Part shown: piece after piece, positions 41,942 through 52,599 of the stretch
Layout of the letters: every line of letters starts with the position of its first letter
Position numbering within the stretch: position 1 is the stretch's first letter
Source: a virus
Lineage: Duplodnaviria > Caudoviricetes
Strand: one strand, 5' to 3'
DNA: 64,000 nucleotides
Virus record (IMG/VR): IMGVR_UViG_3300033076_001357
Location: 1 to 64,000 of that record
Notes under the pieces: generated by a model
Seen by the model: the letters and a program-made list of their open reading frames with translations, nothing else
Told to the model about the DNA's origin: nothing
Databases searched by the model: none
Translations under genes and position numbers: made by a program

Positions 41942-44900
41942 ATCCTGATACGGGTTCCACCAGCGGGCAGGACCCACGTGGCCAGCCGCGCCTCGATCTT
42001 GGCTATGATGGCGTCCGCGTCCCGGTCGGAGCTGATGGTGCTGCCCCGCAGGTCTATGATCAGTGCTCCGCCACCGCCCCGGCCCCGCATGGCTCCGGCC
42101 CACTCGGCCGGTATAACGGCCTCATGGGGGTGGAGCAAAGCCATGTGGGCGAAGGACCCGGTGTCCCAGGTACCGACTTCGTAACCTACATAAGGACCAC
42201 CGTGTGCCATGGACACCAAGCCCGGCACGTTGTTGATACTGCCGTACCTGGACGCGATGTAATTGATAGCCGCCGCTATGTTAGCCACTGGGTCAAAGAT
42301 GTTCCAGCTGGTGCCGGATTGGTGGTAGGCGCTGAACGTAGCGCCGATGGTCTGCATCAGACCCCGGGACGGGTCGCCGTGCTGAGCGTTGATGTCATAG
42401 TTGTTGATGGCGTTGGGGTTACCACCAGACTCGTGCATGGCGATGGTCTCCAGGCCAGCAAACCACGACATCGGTTTACCGGTAGCGGCCAGCGCCTGCC
42501 TGGTCCACGCGTCCAGCTGGCCGCCCACCCCCTTTGGTGCCGTCTGGTCCTTGTCTCCCAGGAACTTCAGAACACCCTTTTCCAGAGAGCCGATAGCGCC
42601 GATCATCTCCCGGCCCAGGCCGGTGGTGGCCCCCGGTATGGTACCCAACAGGTTGTTGATGACATCAAACGCCGACCTGGCGGTGTCTCGTAGGCCGCCC
42701 AGTGCCAGATTGGCCACGGCTCCGATGGCGCTCTTGATGCCACCAACCAGGCTGCTGACGATGCCACCGCCCGCGTATCCACCGCCTCGGCCGCCGGAAC
42801 CGGCCCCGAACATGGCCAGGATGGCGCCGATACCTCCAGCCGAATTGATCATGTCGTGAGACAGGACGAACTCTCCCGGGGTCAGCCACGCCGGTACCGT
42901 GTCTCCGAACCCCGCACCCGGAACCATACCACCAGCGGCGAATTTCAGCGGAGAAATGGGGCTGAGCTTGGGCCCCCCGAACACCCCGGACACGTCGTTC
43001 CACAAGGTCATGATGCCGTGGTTGTACACGGTGTCGATGACAAAGTTGACCGGATCGGCGGCCAGCTTCTTCAGGTCGTTCCACACGGTACGCAGAGTGT
43101 CGATACCGTCGGAGAACGCGTTGACGATGCCGTCCCAGATGCTCTTGAGGAACCCCGAGATGCCGGTCCAAATGGCATGCCATGCGCCTATCACACCGTC
43201 GGCGATGTCGTTCCAGATGTTTACCAGCCACCGCCACAGGTCGCCGAAGATGGACTTAACGGTGTTCCAGACGGTGGTGGCCACCTCGTAGGCGGTCTCG
43301 TTGATGTCCTTCCACATCTGGCTCCAGTTGCCGGTGAACAGGTCGATGAACACCTTCAGAACACCTTCGATAATGTCGAGAGCAACGTTGATGACGCCCT
43401 TGATGGTGTCCCACGCTGCTTCGAATACCATGATGATGGTGTCCCACGCCGCCCTGATGAAACCCCAGATGACGTCAAAAACCGCCTTGATGACGCCCCA
43501 GATAAGTTCCATGGCGCCCTTGACCGCACCCCAGATAAGGTCCCACGCCATCTTGGTGGCGCCCCACACCGTGTCCCATACGGTCTTGATAGTGTCCAGT
43601 ATCAGGCCGAAGGAACGAGTGACGGCCGACCACAGGTACGCCAGGTACTGGGACACCGCACCCCAGATTACGCCCCAGATGGTGGAGGTGGCGTGGGATA
43701 TCTGGGTCCAGTGCCCCGACACGTAGGACACCAGCTTACCGCCGGTTACGTTCCAAAGCTGGATTATCTCATTCCAGATCTCGCCGAGTTCTTCCACAAT
43801 GTGGTTCCACTCGGCGGACACCGACGCTGATACCACGTGCCAGGCGTGGTTGATCATGGACACCAGCTTGCCGCCGGTGGCGTTCCACAGGTCTACTAGA
43901 CCGCTCCACACGGACTCGAAAGCCGACGCTATGTCCTTGCGGTATTTGATGATAACCGCTACGATCAGCGACATGCCGCCGGTCAGCGGCGCCAGGATCA
44001 GTGGCCACCAGCGCCTGACCGTACCCCCGATCTCGGACCAGATGCTGTCCCACATGTCTACCACGCCGTGCCACACGCCGACGAAGAAGTCAGCGGTGGT
44101 CTTGGCGGCGTCCACCAGCCACTTCCACACCACACTGAGTACGGCCTTGGTCTGACTCCAGTGAGTGGCCACGACCAGGGCGATGACCCCGATAGCGGCT
44201 ATGGCCAGGCCCACCGGGCCCATGCTCAACATCAGGCCGCCCATGATCTCCCTGAAGGCTATCACGGCGATCTTTATCTTTTCGAACACCAACGCGCCGG
44301 TCAGCACCACCGCGATAAGGGTGCTGATAGCTCCGACGGAGCCCAGGATGATGGCGGCCAGATGCTGGTGGTGGCTGGCCCACTCCGCCAGCGGGGACAC
44401 CAGCCTGGAGATGTGGGACACCAACGCGGTAACCGCAGGCAGCAGTCCGGTGCCGATAGAGATGGCCAGCGCGTGGACGGTGTCCTTCAGCTGCGCGGAC
44501 CGGAAGTTAAAGGTGTGCTGGATGTCGGACCAGCCCTCCACGTGGGCACCGGCCTTACTGGCCGCCTCGGCCACGGCGCTGACCGTGTTACGGAAGGTGC
44601 CAAGCCCCCCGTTGGTGAGCGCCAGCACGGTCTGTAGCGAGGTGGAGTCGCCTACGACCTTCTTCAGCGCTGCGGTGTACTCCAGGGCGGCGGGCTGGCC
44701 GCTCTTCAGAAGCTGGTTGAAGCCCATGGACTGGTTCAGTAGGTTGACAAACTGGACGCCCAGCGCGTGCTGCGGGCCGCTGAGGGCCTTGATCTCTTTG
44801 TTGTACTCGCCGAACGACATGCTGCCGTTCTTCAGCTCTTCGGCCAACGACTTGACGTCGGGGGGCATGGAGGCCAGCATGATCTTGAGGTCCTGGGCCG

Positions 44901-46125
44901 CCGACTGAGACTGGTTGAACGCGCTCACCAGGACCTTGCCGTCCTTGATGTGAGCCCCGATGGCGTTGGTCAGGATTTCCAGGGTTCCGGTCAGGCCTCT
45001 CTTACCAAGATTGGCGGACAGATCCTGGGCATTGACCCCCAACTGAGCCATGTACTTGACGGAGTCGATGGTGGGCGACTCCAGCTTCTGGATGGCGTGG
45101 TTGAGGTCCGTAGTAGCCTGCTGAGCGGTGATGCCCTGAGCGGTCATCGTAGCGATGGCGCCAGCGATCTGCTCGAATGATATGCCTGCTGAGTGAGCGG
45201 TAGGCAGCACCGTGGACAGCGAAGAAGCGAACGCCTGGGTGGTCATCTTGCCAGAACCGACCGCCGCCACCATCATGTCCGTGACCTTCACGGCGTCGGT
45301 CACCTTGTAACCGTAGTCTCGCATGATGGTGGTAAGAGCGTTGCTGACCTCGCCCAGGTCGGCGCCTTCAGCCCTGGCGCCTTCGGACGCCGCCCTCAGG
45401 ATGGTAAGAGCGTTGCTGGTGCGGTAACCGGCAGACTCGACCAGGTACAGGCCCTTGGTAAGTTCGTCGGTGCTGGTGGCGGTGTCCATGGAGATCTGAA
45501 GAACACCGGCGCTAAGCGAGGCCAGGTTCTGCCGGGCCTCTCCTGCCGACGTCACCATCTTCAGCATGCTGGACTGGAAATCAGCGCCCGCCTTGACGCT
45601 TTTGTCCCCGATGACCACCGTGGCCAGGGCCAGGGCTCCGGCGGCGACGGCCCCCGCTTTCATCGCCGCCGTACCCAGACCCAGCGAGGTAGAGGTGGCT
45701 TCGGCCGCTGCGGCGGCCTCCCGGGACCTGACGGTTACTTCCTGGTCGGCCCGGCTGAGAGCGTCCAGGGAGGCCACCTGTTTGGCTGACGCCAGCTCCA
45801 CCGCGTCGGCTTGAGCCTTGGTGGCTCCGGCGGCGGTGGCCGCCGCCTGGGTGTACGCTTCCTGCGCCCGAGTTAGAGCTTCGGTGTCCACCCGGAGGGC
45901 GTTCTGAGCGTCGGCCTGTACCTTGAGTGAGCGTTCGTAGGCGGTGGCGGACGCGGCGGCCCGGTCCTGAGCTACCTGCAACTCGGCGGCGGACATCGTG
46001 GCCCGGCTGGACGCGGCGGCCAGCTTGGCGCTCATCGAGTCCATCACGTCGCCGATTTTGCCGAGAATAAACGTAGCCTTGTCTACGGCTTCCACCGTAA
46101 GCAGGACCGACAGCTCGTCTGCCAC
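41938..46125 (-). CDS. Tape measure protein with C-terminal lytic transglycosylase domain
   Basis: 1395 aa Ala-rich helical, Trp-periodic repeats; HESGGNPNAIN...SRGLMQT...DPVANIAAAINY. Confidence 0.93.
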   Translation of the reverse strand: MADELSVLLTVEAVDKATFILGKIGDVMDSMSAKLAAASSRATMSAAELQVAQDRAAASATAYERSLKVQADAQNALRVDTEALTRAQEAYTQAAATAAGATKAQADAVELASAKQVASLDALSRADQEVTVRSREAAAAAEATSTSLGLGTAAMKAGAVAAGALALATVVIGDKSVKAGADFQSSMLKMVTSAGEARQNLASLSAGVLQISMDTATSTDELTKGLYLVESAGYRTSNALTILRAASEGARAEGADLGEVSNALTTIMRDYGYKVTDAVKVTDMMVAAVGSGKMTTQAFASSLSTVLPTAHSAGISFEQIAGAIATMTAQGITAQQATTDLNHAIQKLESPTIDSVKYMAQLGVNAQDLSANLGKRGLTGTLEILTNAIGAHIKDGKVLVSAFNQSQSAAQDLKIMLASMPPDVKSLAEELKNGSMSFGEYNKEIKALSGPQHALGVQFVNLLNQSMGFNQLLKSGQPAALEYTAALKKVVGDSTSLQTVLALTNGGLGTFRNTVSAVAEAASKAGAHVEGWSDIQHTFNFRSAQLKDTVHALAISIGTGLLPAVTALVSHISRLVSPLAEWASHHQHLAAIILGSVGAISTLIAVVLTGALVFEKIKIAVIAFREIMGGLMLSMGPVGLAIAAIGVIALVVATHWSQTKAVLSVVWKWLVDAAKTTADFFVGVWHGVVDMWDSIWSEIGGTVRRWWPLILAPLTGGMSLIVAVIIKYRKDIASAFESVWSGLVDLWNATGGKLVSMINHAWHVVSASVSAEWNHIVEELGEIWNEIIQLWNVTGGKLVSYVSGHWTQISHATSTIWGVIWGAVSQYLAYLWSAVTRSFGLILDTIKTVWDTVWGATKMAWDLIWGAVKGAMELIWGVIKAVFDVIWGFIRAAWDTIIMVFEAAWDTIKGVINVALDIIEGVLKVFIDLFTGNWSQMWKDINETAYEVATTVWNTVKSIFGDLWRWLVNIWNDIADGVIGAWHAIWTGISGFLKSIWDGIVNAFSDGIDTLRTVWNDLKKLAADPVNFVIDTVYNHGIMTLWNDVSGVFGGPKLSPISPLKFAAGGMVPGAGFGDTVPAWLTPGEFVLSHDMINSAGGIGAILAMFGAGSGGRGGGYAGGGIVSSLVGGIKSAIGAVANLALGGLRDTARSAFDVINNLLGTIPGATTGLGREMIGAIGSLEKGVLKFLGDKDQTAPKGVGGQLDAWTRQALAATGKPMSWFAGLETIAMHESGGNPNAINNYDINAQHGDPSRGLMQTIGATFSAYHQSGTSWNIFDPVANIAAAINYIASRYGSINNVPGLVSMAHGGPYVGYEVGTWDTGSFAHMALLHPHEAVIPAEWAGAMRGRGGGGALIIDLRGSTISSDRDADAIIAKIEARLATWVLPAGGTRIRM

Positions 46126-46133
46126 ACGCCTCC

Positions 46134-46499
46134 CTATTCGAACAGCTTAGCTCGTTGGGCCCTGACTTCGGCGTTGGGGTGAGGCCCAACGGGTCCGCTG
46201 CTCACCAGCTTGTCGGTGTGCTGCTGTTTCATGGCCTTGAAGGCCAGTTCGGTCATCTCTTCGGACGAGGTTCCCGGCTGTCTGGACCCCACCCCGGCCG
46301 CCCGCTGCTGCTGGCGCTGGTTCTCTGTCTCTACCTGGTGCTCCAGCTTCATGACGGTAAGGTAGTCCTTGATACGCTGAGGCGGCCACTGGCGCAGCCT
46401 GTCCTCGTCCACCCCGAACCGGGTCCAGAAGGCTTCCAGGGTTCTCATCTCACCCAGTATGTCCGGGCCACCCTTGCCGGACCTAAGCGCCGATAGCAC
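46134..46499 (-). CDS. Tail assembly chaperone, second ORF (probable frameshift extension)
   Basis: Between TAC and TMP, overlapping TAC in the +1 frame. Confidence 0.6.
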   Translation of the reverse strand: MLSALRSGKGGPDILGEMRTLEAFWTRFGVDEDRLRQWPPQRIKDYLTVMKLEHQVETENQRQQQRAAGVGSRQPGTSSEEMTELAFKAMKQQHTDKLVSSGPVGPHPNAEVRAQRAKLFE

Positions 46500-46911
46500 C
46501 TGGCTCGTGAAAGGTTCGCTGGTCCTCCTCGGACCGGACGGAGTCCTCGGTGTTGGCCTCGATGTGGTCGCGCAGCCTGGCCCGGGCGCTGGCTGGCAGC
46601 ATCCGGATCGACTCCAGCTTCTTGGCCAGGGGCTCCAGCGGCAGCAGCTGGTCGTTGTGGTCGGTGAGGTTCCAGGTGACGATGGCCTCGGACAGCAGTA
46701 CCTCGGTGTACGCGGCGGTGTCGGTGATGGTCTCGACCCTCACGGTACGGTTAGCCGACGGGCCACCCTGCTGAGCCTCGGTGACCGCCTTGACCCGGGC
46801 GGCCTGGGCCCGGTCCAGGGCGTCTCCGGACAGGTAGCGCTTGAGCGTCACCTGGTACCCGTCGCCCATGTCCACCACGTCAGTGCCCGAATACTTGGTG
46901 AGAAAACCCAC
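46483..46911 (-). CDS. Tail assembly chaperone
   Basis: Between tail tube and TMP; AIVTWNLTD. Confidence 0.75.
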   Translation of the reverse strand: MGFLTKYSGTDVVDMGDGYQVTLKRYLSGDALDRAQAARVKAVTEAQQGGPSANRTVRVETITDTAAYTEVLLSEAIVTWNLTDHNDQLLPLEPLAKKLESIRMLPASARARLRDHIEANTEDSVRSEEDQRTFHEPGAIGA

Positions 46912-46992
46912 AACTTACTCCCGTACAGACGACTGGCCCCAAGGGCCGGTATTGACCCTGGGGCCAGTGTATCAGCCGCTGACTCGTTCGGC

Positions 46993-48426
46993 CTAGTACG
47001 GCAGGTACACTCCGTTGGAGATGAACGCCGTGACGGTCGTCAGGGTGGATAGGTTGAGACCTAGGTCGATCGTCAGGGTGGACATGACGACGTCGTCCAT
47101 CTTGATCGCGTCGGTGTAGGTCTTCAGCCGACCCTTCGGCATGTAGAACATGATGTACCCGCCGGTGGACGGATGGGTGAACGCCAGCTGCACCGGGAAG
47201 TTGGTGGACGGAGTGGACGTCATCTGGGTCCAGTAGCCCCAGGTGGGGTCGTCCAGCGACGTGAACACCACGTCGCACTTGAACGTCACCAGACGGGTGA
47301 CCGGGGTCAGGAACTGCAGGTCATGGGTGCCGTTGTAGGTGTAGGTGTCCTTGAGTCCGTTCTCGATGGACACGTCGGCCGAGGTGGCCTGGATCACAGC
47401 CTGGTTGGACAGGGACAGCGTGGTCTCCGCGAACACGAACGGAGATTCGTCCGTGACCGAGATGGCGGACGGCGTGGCCAGCACCGCCGAGTGCTTGGAC
47501 CGCCAGTCGACCGCGATGGTGGCTTCGGCGTTACCGGTGGTGGAGGTAATGCCCAGCTTGTTGATGCGGGACCCCGCGAACTGCAGCGACTCGAAGCCGC
47601 CGATGTTCTTCTCCACCGTGAACGATGGCAGGGTGTTGGCCTGGGTCACCGTGTGCAGATACATCGCCTGAACGATGGACACGTTGACCGAGCTGGCGTG
47701 CGCGTAGGTCAGCGCCGAGTCCAGGGTCAGCGTGGTGGTGACCACGTTGGTGACCTTGCGCACCTCGGAGGTGGTGGTGCCGGACGGACTGTTGACGTCG
47801 ATCTGGATGATCGTGCCGTTGACGATGCCGGTGGCCGAGGTGACCGTGACCGAGGTGGCTCCGGCCAGAGTGGGCGCCGACAGCGTGGTGGTGGCGGACG
47901 TCACCGCAGCGGAGCTTATCGCGTGGTCGAACGTCAGAGCGTCCGCCACCGTGACCACGGATCCCGCCACGTTGGAGATCTTGCGGACCTCTAGGGAGGG
48001 GGCCGACCCGATGCGGATCTCCTGGCCGACGGCGAAGCCGGTGGGAGAGGTCAGAGTGACTGACGTAGCCCCAGCCGACGAGCCAACGGACAGCGTGGTG
48101 GAGGTCGGGGTGACCGGCGTTCCCGACACGCCGTACCCCACGGCGGCGTCGGCCCCGATGGAGCCGGGGATCAGCGTAACCGCGTTGCTGGGGAACAGCG
48201 GACCGTTCAACGACCCAGCGTTCTTGTACTGACCGTAGACCGGGAAGATGTTCAGGTCACGCTGGCCCATCATCACCTTGGGCCAGAACAGTCCGGGGTC
48301 CAGTTCCAGAGTGTTACCCGACATGGGCTCGTAGGTTGTCGGGGTGACCGGCGTGCCAAACGCCGTCTCCTTGGCCAGGCCTGTGGCAGAGAGCGATCCG
48401 TATCGCTCGACAACAGTAGTAGGCAC
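46993..48426 (-). CDS. Major tail tube protein with inserted beta domains
   Basis: GLAKETAFGT N-terminus; SFTVEK; SIENGL. Confidence 0.85.
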   Translation of the reverse strand: MPTTVVERYGSLSATGLAKETAFGTPVTPTTYEPMSGNTLELDPGLFWPKVMMGQRDLNIFPVYGQYKNAGSLNGPLFPSNAVTLIPGSIGADAAVGYGVSGTPVTPTSTTLSVGSSAGATSVTLTSPTGFAVGQEIRIGSAPSLEVRKISNVAGSVVTVADALTFDHAISSAAVTSATTTLSAPTLAGATSVTVTSATGIVNGTIIQIDVNSPSGTTTSEVRKVTNVVTTTLTLDSALTYAHASSVNVSIVQAMYLHTVTQANTLPSFTVEKNIGGFESLQFAGSRINKLGITSTTGNAEATIAVDWRSKHSAVLATPSAISVTDESPFVFAETTLSLSNQAVIQATSADVSIENGLKDTYTYNGTHDLQFLTPVTRLVTFKCDVVFTSLDDPTWGYWTQMTSTPSTNFPVQLAFTHPSTGGYIMFYMPKGRLKTYTDAIKMDDVVMSTLTIDLGLNLSTLTTVTAFISNGVYLPY

Positions 48427-48459
48427 ACGCCTCCCAGATCTAAGTTTTCTTATTCAATG

Positions 48460-48744
48460 TTACACGGTCGGGGATTCGGTGTCTACCGCCCAGTCCCCCC
48501 GGGCCCGCAGCCGGGCGGCCAGCTCGTCACCGACCCGAACCACCTGATCGGTTGCCACTTCGCCACCCAGCTCCATGAACACCGTGTCCTGAGGGCCGGT
48601 GAACCGTAGGGCCGTGAGGCTCTCCGTGGCGTCTCCCGGGGCCTCCACGGCCTCGGAGGTGCTCGGGGCCGTGGAGGCTCGCGAGGACGTCTTCTTGGTG
48701 GTCTTCGTGGTCTCCGTGACGCTGTCGTGAGCCGTCTCGTCCAT
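48460..48744 (-). CDS. Small virion morphogenesis protein
   Basis: AAGGAGG RBS. Confidence 0.55.
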   Translation of the reverse strand: MDETAHDSVTETTKTTKKTSSRASTAPSTSEAVEAPGDATESLTALRFTGPQDTVFMELGGEVATDQVVRVGDELAARLRARGDWAVDTESPTV

Positions 48745-48755
48745 GGCCGTCCTCC

Positions 48756-49199
48756 TTATAGGCCTCGGTAGGCCCTTCCCATTATCCTGGCTATCTCGCT
48801 CAGTTTGCCGCGTACCGCTCGATCGGGGTAGTTGTTGGGCCGGGTGCCAGGGTGAGCCACCCAAGCCGCGAACGCGTCTGTGCCCCAGTGAAGCGCTCTT
48901 GCCGTGTCCGGGGTGATGATGTGCGCCCCCGTCCCGTGAATCACGTACGGGGCGTACGGAACGTCCCCGGCGGAAAACACCAGCTTTATGCTGTTGCCGG
49001 TGCGGACCTGGGTAACCTGGGTGGAGTCCCTAAGGGCACCAGTCATAACCGGCGCCTCGGATTTTATTGCCTCCACCAGCATCGGTCCGACCTTGTCGGC
49101 CCACCTGCGGCTGGCCGAGTCCCACCTCAGGTTGCCTATGAAAGCCCGTACCTTACCGACGTTGTGGCCTTCGATTAGGACTATGTCTCCGCTGGGCAT
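48756..49199 (-). CDS. HK97 gp10-like tail completion protein
   Basis: APVMTGALRDS; YAPYVIHGT; HPGTRPN. Confidence 0.8.
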   Translation of the reverse strand: MPSGDIVLIEGHNVGKVRAFIGNLRWDSASRRWADKVGPMLVEAIKSEAPVMTGALRDSTQVTQVRTGNSIKLVFSAGDVPYAPYVIHGTGAHIITPDTARALHWGTDAFAAWVAHPGTRPNNYPDRAVRGKLSEIARIMGRAYRGL

Positions 49200-49200
49200 A

Positions 49201-49683
49201 TCAGGCTTGCACCTGTTCCCTGACGTCGCAGATGATGCGGGCCGTGTACACCAGCCACCGCTGGTCTTCCACCGAGTGCACCGGCGAGTAGTCCCACCTC
49301 AGACGTTCACCGATCATCTCTATGTTGGAGTTCTGACCGGTGAGGGGGTCTTTGGCGTTCAGCACCGGCATGGGCGTCACCCGCAGCCTCTGGCACACCG
49401 CGTCCACGATGGCGGGGAACGCCACGTCCGACGCCTGGTCGTCCGCCGGTCCGAACCAGATCAGCCACAGGTCGATCTCGTGCTTGATCACCCGGAACCC
49501 GAGACCTCGCGGCATGGACCTGCGGATGTCCTCAGCTGTCGACCCCCACACGTACACCGCCGGGTCCATTCCGTTACCCGGGTTGGGCGGCGAGATGTAC
49601 GCGGTCAGTACCCCGGCTGACCCGGGCAGCTGCAGCTGGTCCAACACTCCCTTCAGCAGCTGTTGTACGGTGTTGAGAGGCAC
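49201..49683 (-). CDS. Tail terminator/head-tail protein
   Basis: Synteny; GTG start after upstream stop. Confidence 0.6.
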   Translation of the reverse strand: MPLNTVQQLLKGVLDQLQLPGSAGVLTAYISPPNPGNGMDPAVYVWGSTAEDIRRSMPRGLGFRVIKHEIDLWLIWFGPADDQASDVAFPAIVDAVCQRLRVTPMPVLNAKDPLTGQNSNIEMIGERLRWDYSPVHSVEDQRWLVYTARIICDVREQVQA

Positions 49684-49693
49684 TAGGTCCGCC

Positions 49694-50659
49694 TTAGATG
49701 ATGCGCTTGTACGGGTTGAGCATTGCCTTGGCCTCACTCAGCAGGTCGTCAGGGCCGCGCGATCCGCTGGACGTTTTCGATCCGGGAAGCGCCTGCACCG
49801 TCACCGCCGTGGCTCCTCGTACCAGCGCCTGAGACACGCACAGCAGTATTACGGCTTGCTGTATGGTCTCGGTCATCGTGGTGACGATGGTTCCGCTGAC
49901 GTGCTCGTACACCAGCGGGGTGGTCAAATGGAGTACACCAGGTCCGGTTACCGCCCCCGTGGTGGCAGGAGTGACCGAACTAACCAGGATGGTCTCCTGC
50001 CCGCTTGAGCTGTGAAGCGTACCCGACGCTCCCACCCACCCGGTTATGTCGTCCACCGACAGGGACGTGGCTCCCACCAGCGCGTCGGCCGTCAGTGACC
50101 CGTGTGGCCAGCCGTTGATATAAGTTATCTGGACGTCGTAGGCCATGCGGCCGAACGCCCAGGTAACGATGCCGGGCGCCAGCAGTATCGACTGGCCACC
50201 GTCTCCCGATCCGTTGGGGGCGGTGGACCCGTAGGTACCCACCACCGGCCGGTCCACCCTCATCTGGTTGGCCGATATGGCGGTGTACTCCGGAGGAAAC
50301 GCCGAAGCGGGGGACCACTGACCCGACACGATGGACAGCACCGGCAGCCTGGACGCGATGACCCGGGCCCGGCCGTTTCGCTGAAGCTGGAACCTGAAGT
50401 CGCCGGGGCCGGTGAACGTCTCGGTGTCCACCGTTGCCCGAAGGGTGGTGTTGCAGATGCTGTCGGCCATAGCCGACGCCCTGGCGCAGATATTGGACAC
50501 CTCGGCGTAGTACGCCGAGGGGGTGGGCTTGCCGCTGTTGGATCCTACGGTAGACCAAGAGATGCCGGTGGGGGCGGCCAGCAGCATCTCCGGGCTTACG
50601 TACGGCGTGCTAGGACCGGTTACCAGAACCCCGGTAGTGTCTTCCAGTCCCATCGTCAC
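49694..50659 (-). CDS. Head-tail adaptor/connector
   Basis: PYVSPEM; ASAMADSIC; ITYINGW; synteny. Confidence 0.7.
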   Translation of the reverse strand: MTMGLEDTTGVLVTGPSTPYVSPEMLLAAPTGISWSTVGSNSGKPTPSAYYAEVSNICARASAMADSICNTTLRATVDTETFTGPGDFRFQLQRNGRARVIASRLPVLSIVSGQWSPASAFPPEYTAISANQMRVDRPVVGTYGSTAPNGSGDGGQSILLAPGIVTWAFGRMAYDVQITYINGWPHGSLTADALVGATSLSVDDITGWVGASGTLHSSSGQETILVSSVTPATTGAVTGPGVLHLTTPLVYEHVSGTIVTTMTETIQQAVILLCVSQALVRGATAVTVQALPGSKTSSGSRGPDDLLSEAKAMLNPYKRII

Positions 50660-50837
50660 CCACCTCCCTGGCGCACTTGGTGCACACCCACTGGTCTATC
50701 GACGGGTCCCAGGTGACGTGGCGGGTGCACACCCCCCTGTCGCACCTGGCGCACACCTGTACGATGTCACCCGTCCGGACAGATCGGCCGCGCACGGGCC
50801 CCGAGCACCTGGCGCACCGGTTGCCCGGACGGGACAT
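50610..50837 (-). CDS. Small Cys-rich zinc-finger protein
   Basis: CARC...CARC..C..H...CTKC. Confidence 0.5.
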   Translation of the reverse strand: MSRPGNRCARCSGPVRGRSVRTGDIVQVCARCDRGVCTRHVTWDPSIDQWVCTKCAREVGDDGTGRHYRGSGNRS

Positions 50838-51349
50838 TACTGGGCTGCCTTGCGAGGAGCTGCCACCTTCTTGGCGGGGGCCCCTGCCAGAGTGACCGTC
50901 GGACCTCCGGCGGGGGCGGTGTTGTCCAGGCCCGCGATGGTGAGAAGCTGGGCCAGGTCCTCGGGGGCCAGGCTCTTCAGCGCCGACATCAGCTCGGAGG
51001 TGGACGGCGGGGCCGGGGCCGGGGCCGCGTGGCCCAGGTATCCCTGACGAACGGCGGCGGCCAGCGTGTCGCCGAGCTGCCGCACCATCAGAGCGGTGGC
51101 GGCGGAACCTTCCTTCTCCTGGGTCTCCAGCAGCCTGCGCTCGTCCGGGGTCAGCGCCACCTTGTCGATGCTGTGGGCCCAGCCGTGGGAACTCAGCGGG
51201 GGCCGGGTCAGCGCCTGGCCGCAGCTCTCGCAGTCCAGCGCCCACCGCTCCCCCTCGGCCAGCTCGGCGGAGACGTGCGGTTCACCGCACCCTCCGAACT
51301 GAATCGGGACGGTGATGGCCCGGACGTCCGACGGGGCGTAAACGGTCAT
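50837..51349 (-). CDS. Hypothetical head-module protein
   Basis: GGAG RBS; GC..H, CESC. Confidence 0.6.
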   Translation of the reverse strand: MTVYAPSDVRAITVPIQFGGCGEPHVSAELAEGERWALDCESCGQALTRPPLSSHGWAHSIDKVALTPDERRLLETQEKEGSAATALMVRQLGDTLAAAVRQGYLGHAAPAPAPPSTSELMSALKSLAPEDLAQLLTIAGLDNTAPAGGPTVTLAGAPAKKVAAPRKAAQ

Positions 51350-51630
51350 TCGGCAGTCTCCTCGATGGTGGCGTCCCCGCACCGGGGACAAGTCTCGTTC
51401 CACGCGTTCCATCTGCGCCCTCGGCACGGGACGCACACCCGGGTCCGCTTGGTGCCGAACGACATCTGCTCGCCGCTGGACATGATGCCGGACTGCCCGT
51501 AGAACGACGTCTTGAGGTACCGCGCGTGGCTCTCGCTTACTTCGACCTTGTCCCCGGGCTTGGCTGAATACTTGGTGCCGTCGGCCATGTCCAGCCCGCG
51601 ACAGCCGTCCGGCAGCTGTATCTTTGGCAC
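51346..51630 (-). CDS. Small protein with C-terminal zinc ribbon
   Basis: CVPC...CPRCG. Confidence 0.65.
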   Translation of the reverse strand: MPKIQLPDGCRGLDMADGTKYSAKPGDKVEVSESHARYLKTSFYGQSGIMSSGEQMSFGTKRTRVCVPCRGRRWNAWNETCPRCGDATIEETAE

Positions 51631-51737
51631 CTGGCACCTCTCGACGTAGCTAGCAAGTTACCCCGATGGTACCAGATCAACGGCCACCACGCCACCACCC
51701 GGCTCGACCGCTGCCGGATGGTGGCGCCTTGGGGTGA

Positions 51738-52274
51738 TCAGCCGACCCGGCGGGCGACCAGGGTGGCACCGTAGACCGAGCTGGCGGTGGCGTTGCCGAG
51801 GGCCTTGACGTTGACGGTGTCCACGGCCGACAGGTTGAGCACCACTGGCGGAATGTCCCATTCCACTGTGGATCCGGTGGTCGACGGGACGATCACCAGA
51901 ATCGGGTTCAGCCGGGCGGTCGAGGTCTGGTACAGCGCCATGTTGTTGGTGTCGGCGGCGGCTACCGTGGTGCCCGAGATGGTGACCTTGCCCGACACCT
52001 CCCACAGACCAGCGGTACCGGGGGTGATGGTGACGACCACGGCGGCGGCGGCCGGAGCCGACGCGGTTCCGGTGGCCTGGACGGTGATCGCCGAGTCTCG
52101 GTACGAGGCTGTCTGCAGGCTGGCCACGCCGCCCGACGCCAGGCTGGTGGCCAGGGCGTTGCCGTTGACGTCGCCGATGGTGACGATCTGTTCGGTGATG
52201 CCGGGGGCAGGCTGAGCGTACCCGCCGGTCACCGGCTCGTTGGGACTCTGCGCGTTGAAGCTGGAGTTGGCCAT
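51738..52274 (-). CDS. Probable capsid decoration/virion protein
   Basis: Ala/Thr/Val-rich beta protein after MCP. Confidence 0.55.
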   Translation of the reverse strand: MANSSFNAQSPNEPVTGGYAQPAPGITEQIVTIGDVNGNALATSLASGGVASLQTASYRDSAITVQATGTASAPAAAAVVVTITPGTAGLWEVSGKVTISGTTVAAADTNNMALYQTSTARLNPILVIVPSTTGSTVEWDIPPVVLNLSAVDTVNVKALGNATASSVYGATLVARRVG

Positions 52275-52293
52275 CTTCTGCTGTCCTCCCTGG

Positions 52294-52599
52294 TCAGCTG
52301 ACGCTGACGGTGGTGTACGCCTGGATGCCGGTGACCGCAGCGTTCAGCGTCGACGCCATGCTCTTGACCTGGGTGGCGACGAAGTCTCGCACCAGCTGGT
52401 CGGCGATGCGCTCGGTGGTCTGCGGCCACGTGATGGTGACCGTGGCGGTCGACGCGCTGGCCGTGGCGGCGGTGTTGGACACCGTCGGGAACACGATGCC
52501 GTTGAACGCGGCGGCGATGGCCGTGGCGTCCGCGTTGGTGCCGCCCGGGGCGCTGAGCGTGACGGTGGTCTGGTAGGCGACCGTTCCGGTGATTGCCAT
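52294..52599 (-). CDS. Small virion protein
   Basis: GAGGAG RBS; directly after MCP terminator. Confidence 0.6.
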   Translation of the reverse strand: MAITGTVAYQTTVTLSAPGGTNADATAIAAAFNGIVFPTVSNTAATASASTATVTITWPQTTERIADQLVRDFVATQVKSMASTLNAAVTGIQAYTTVSVS

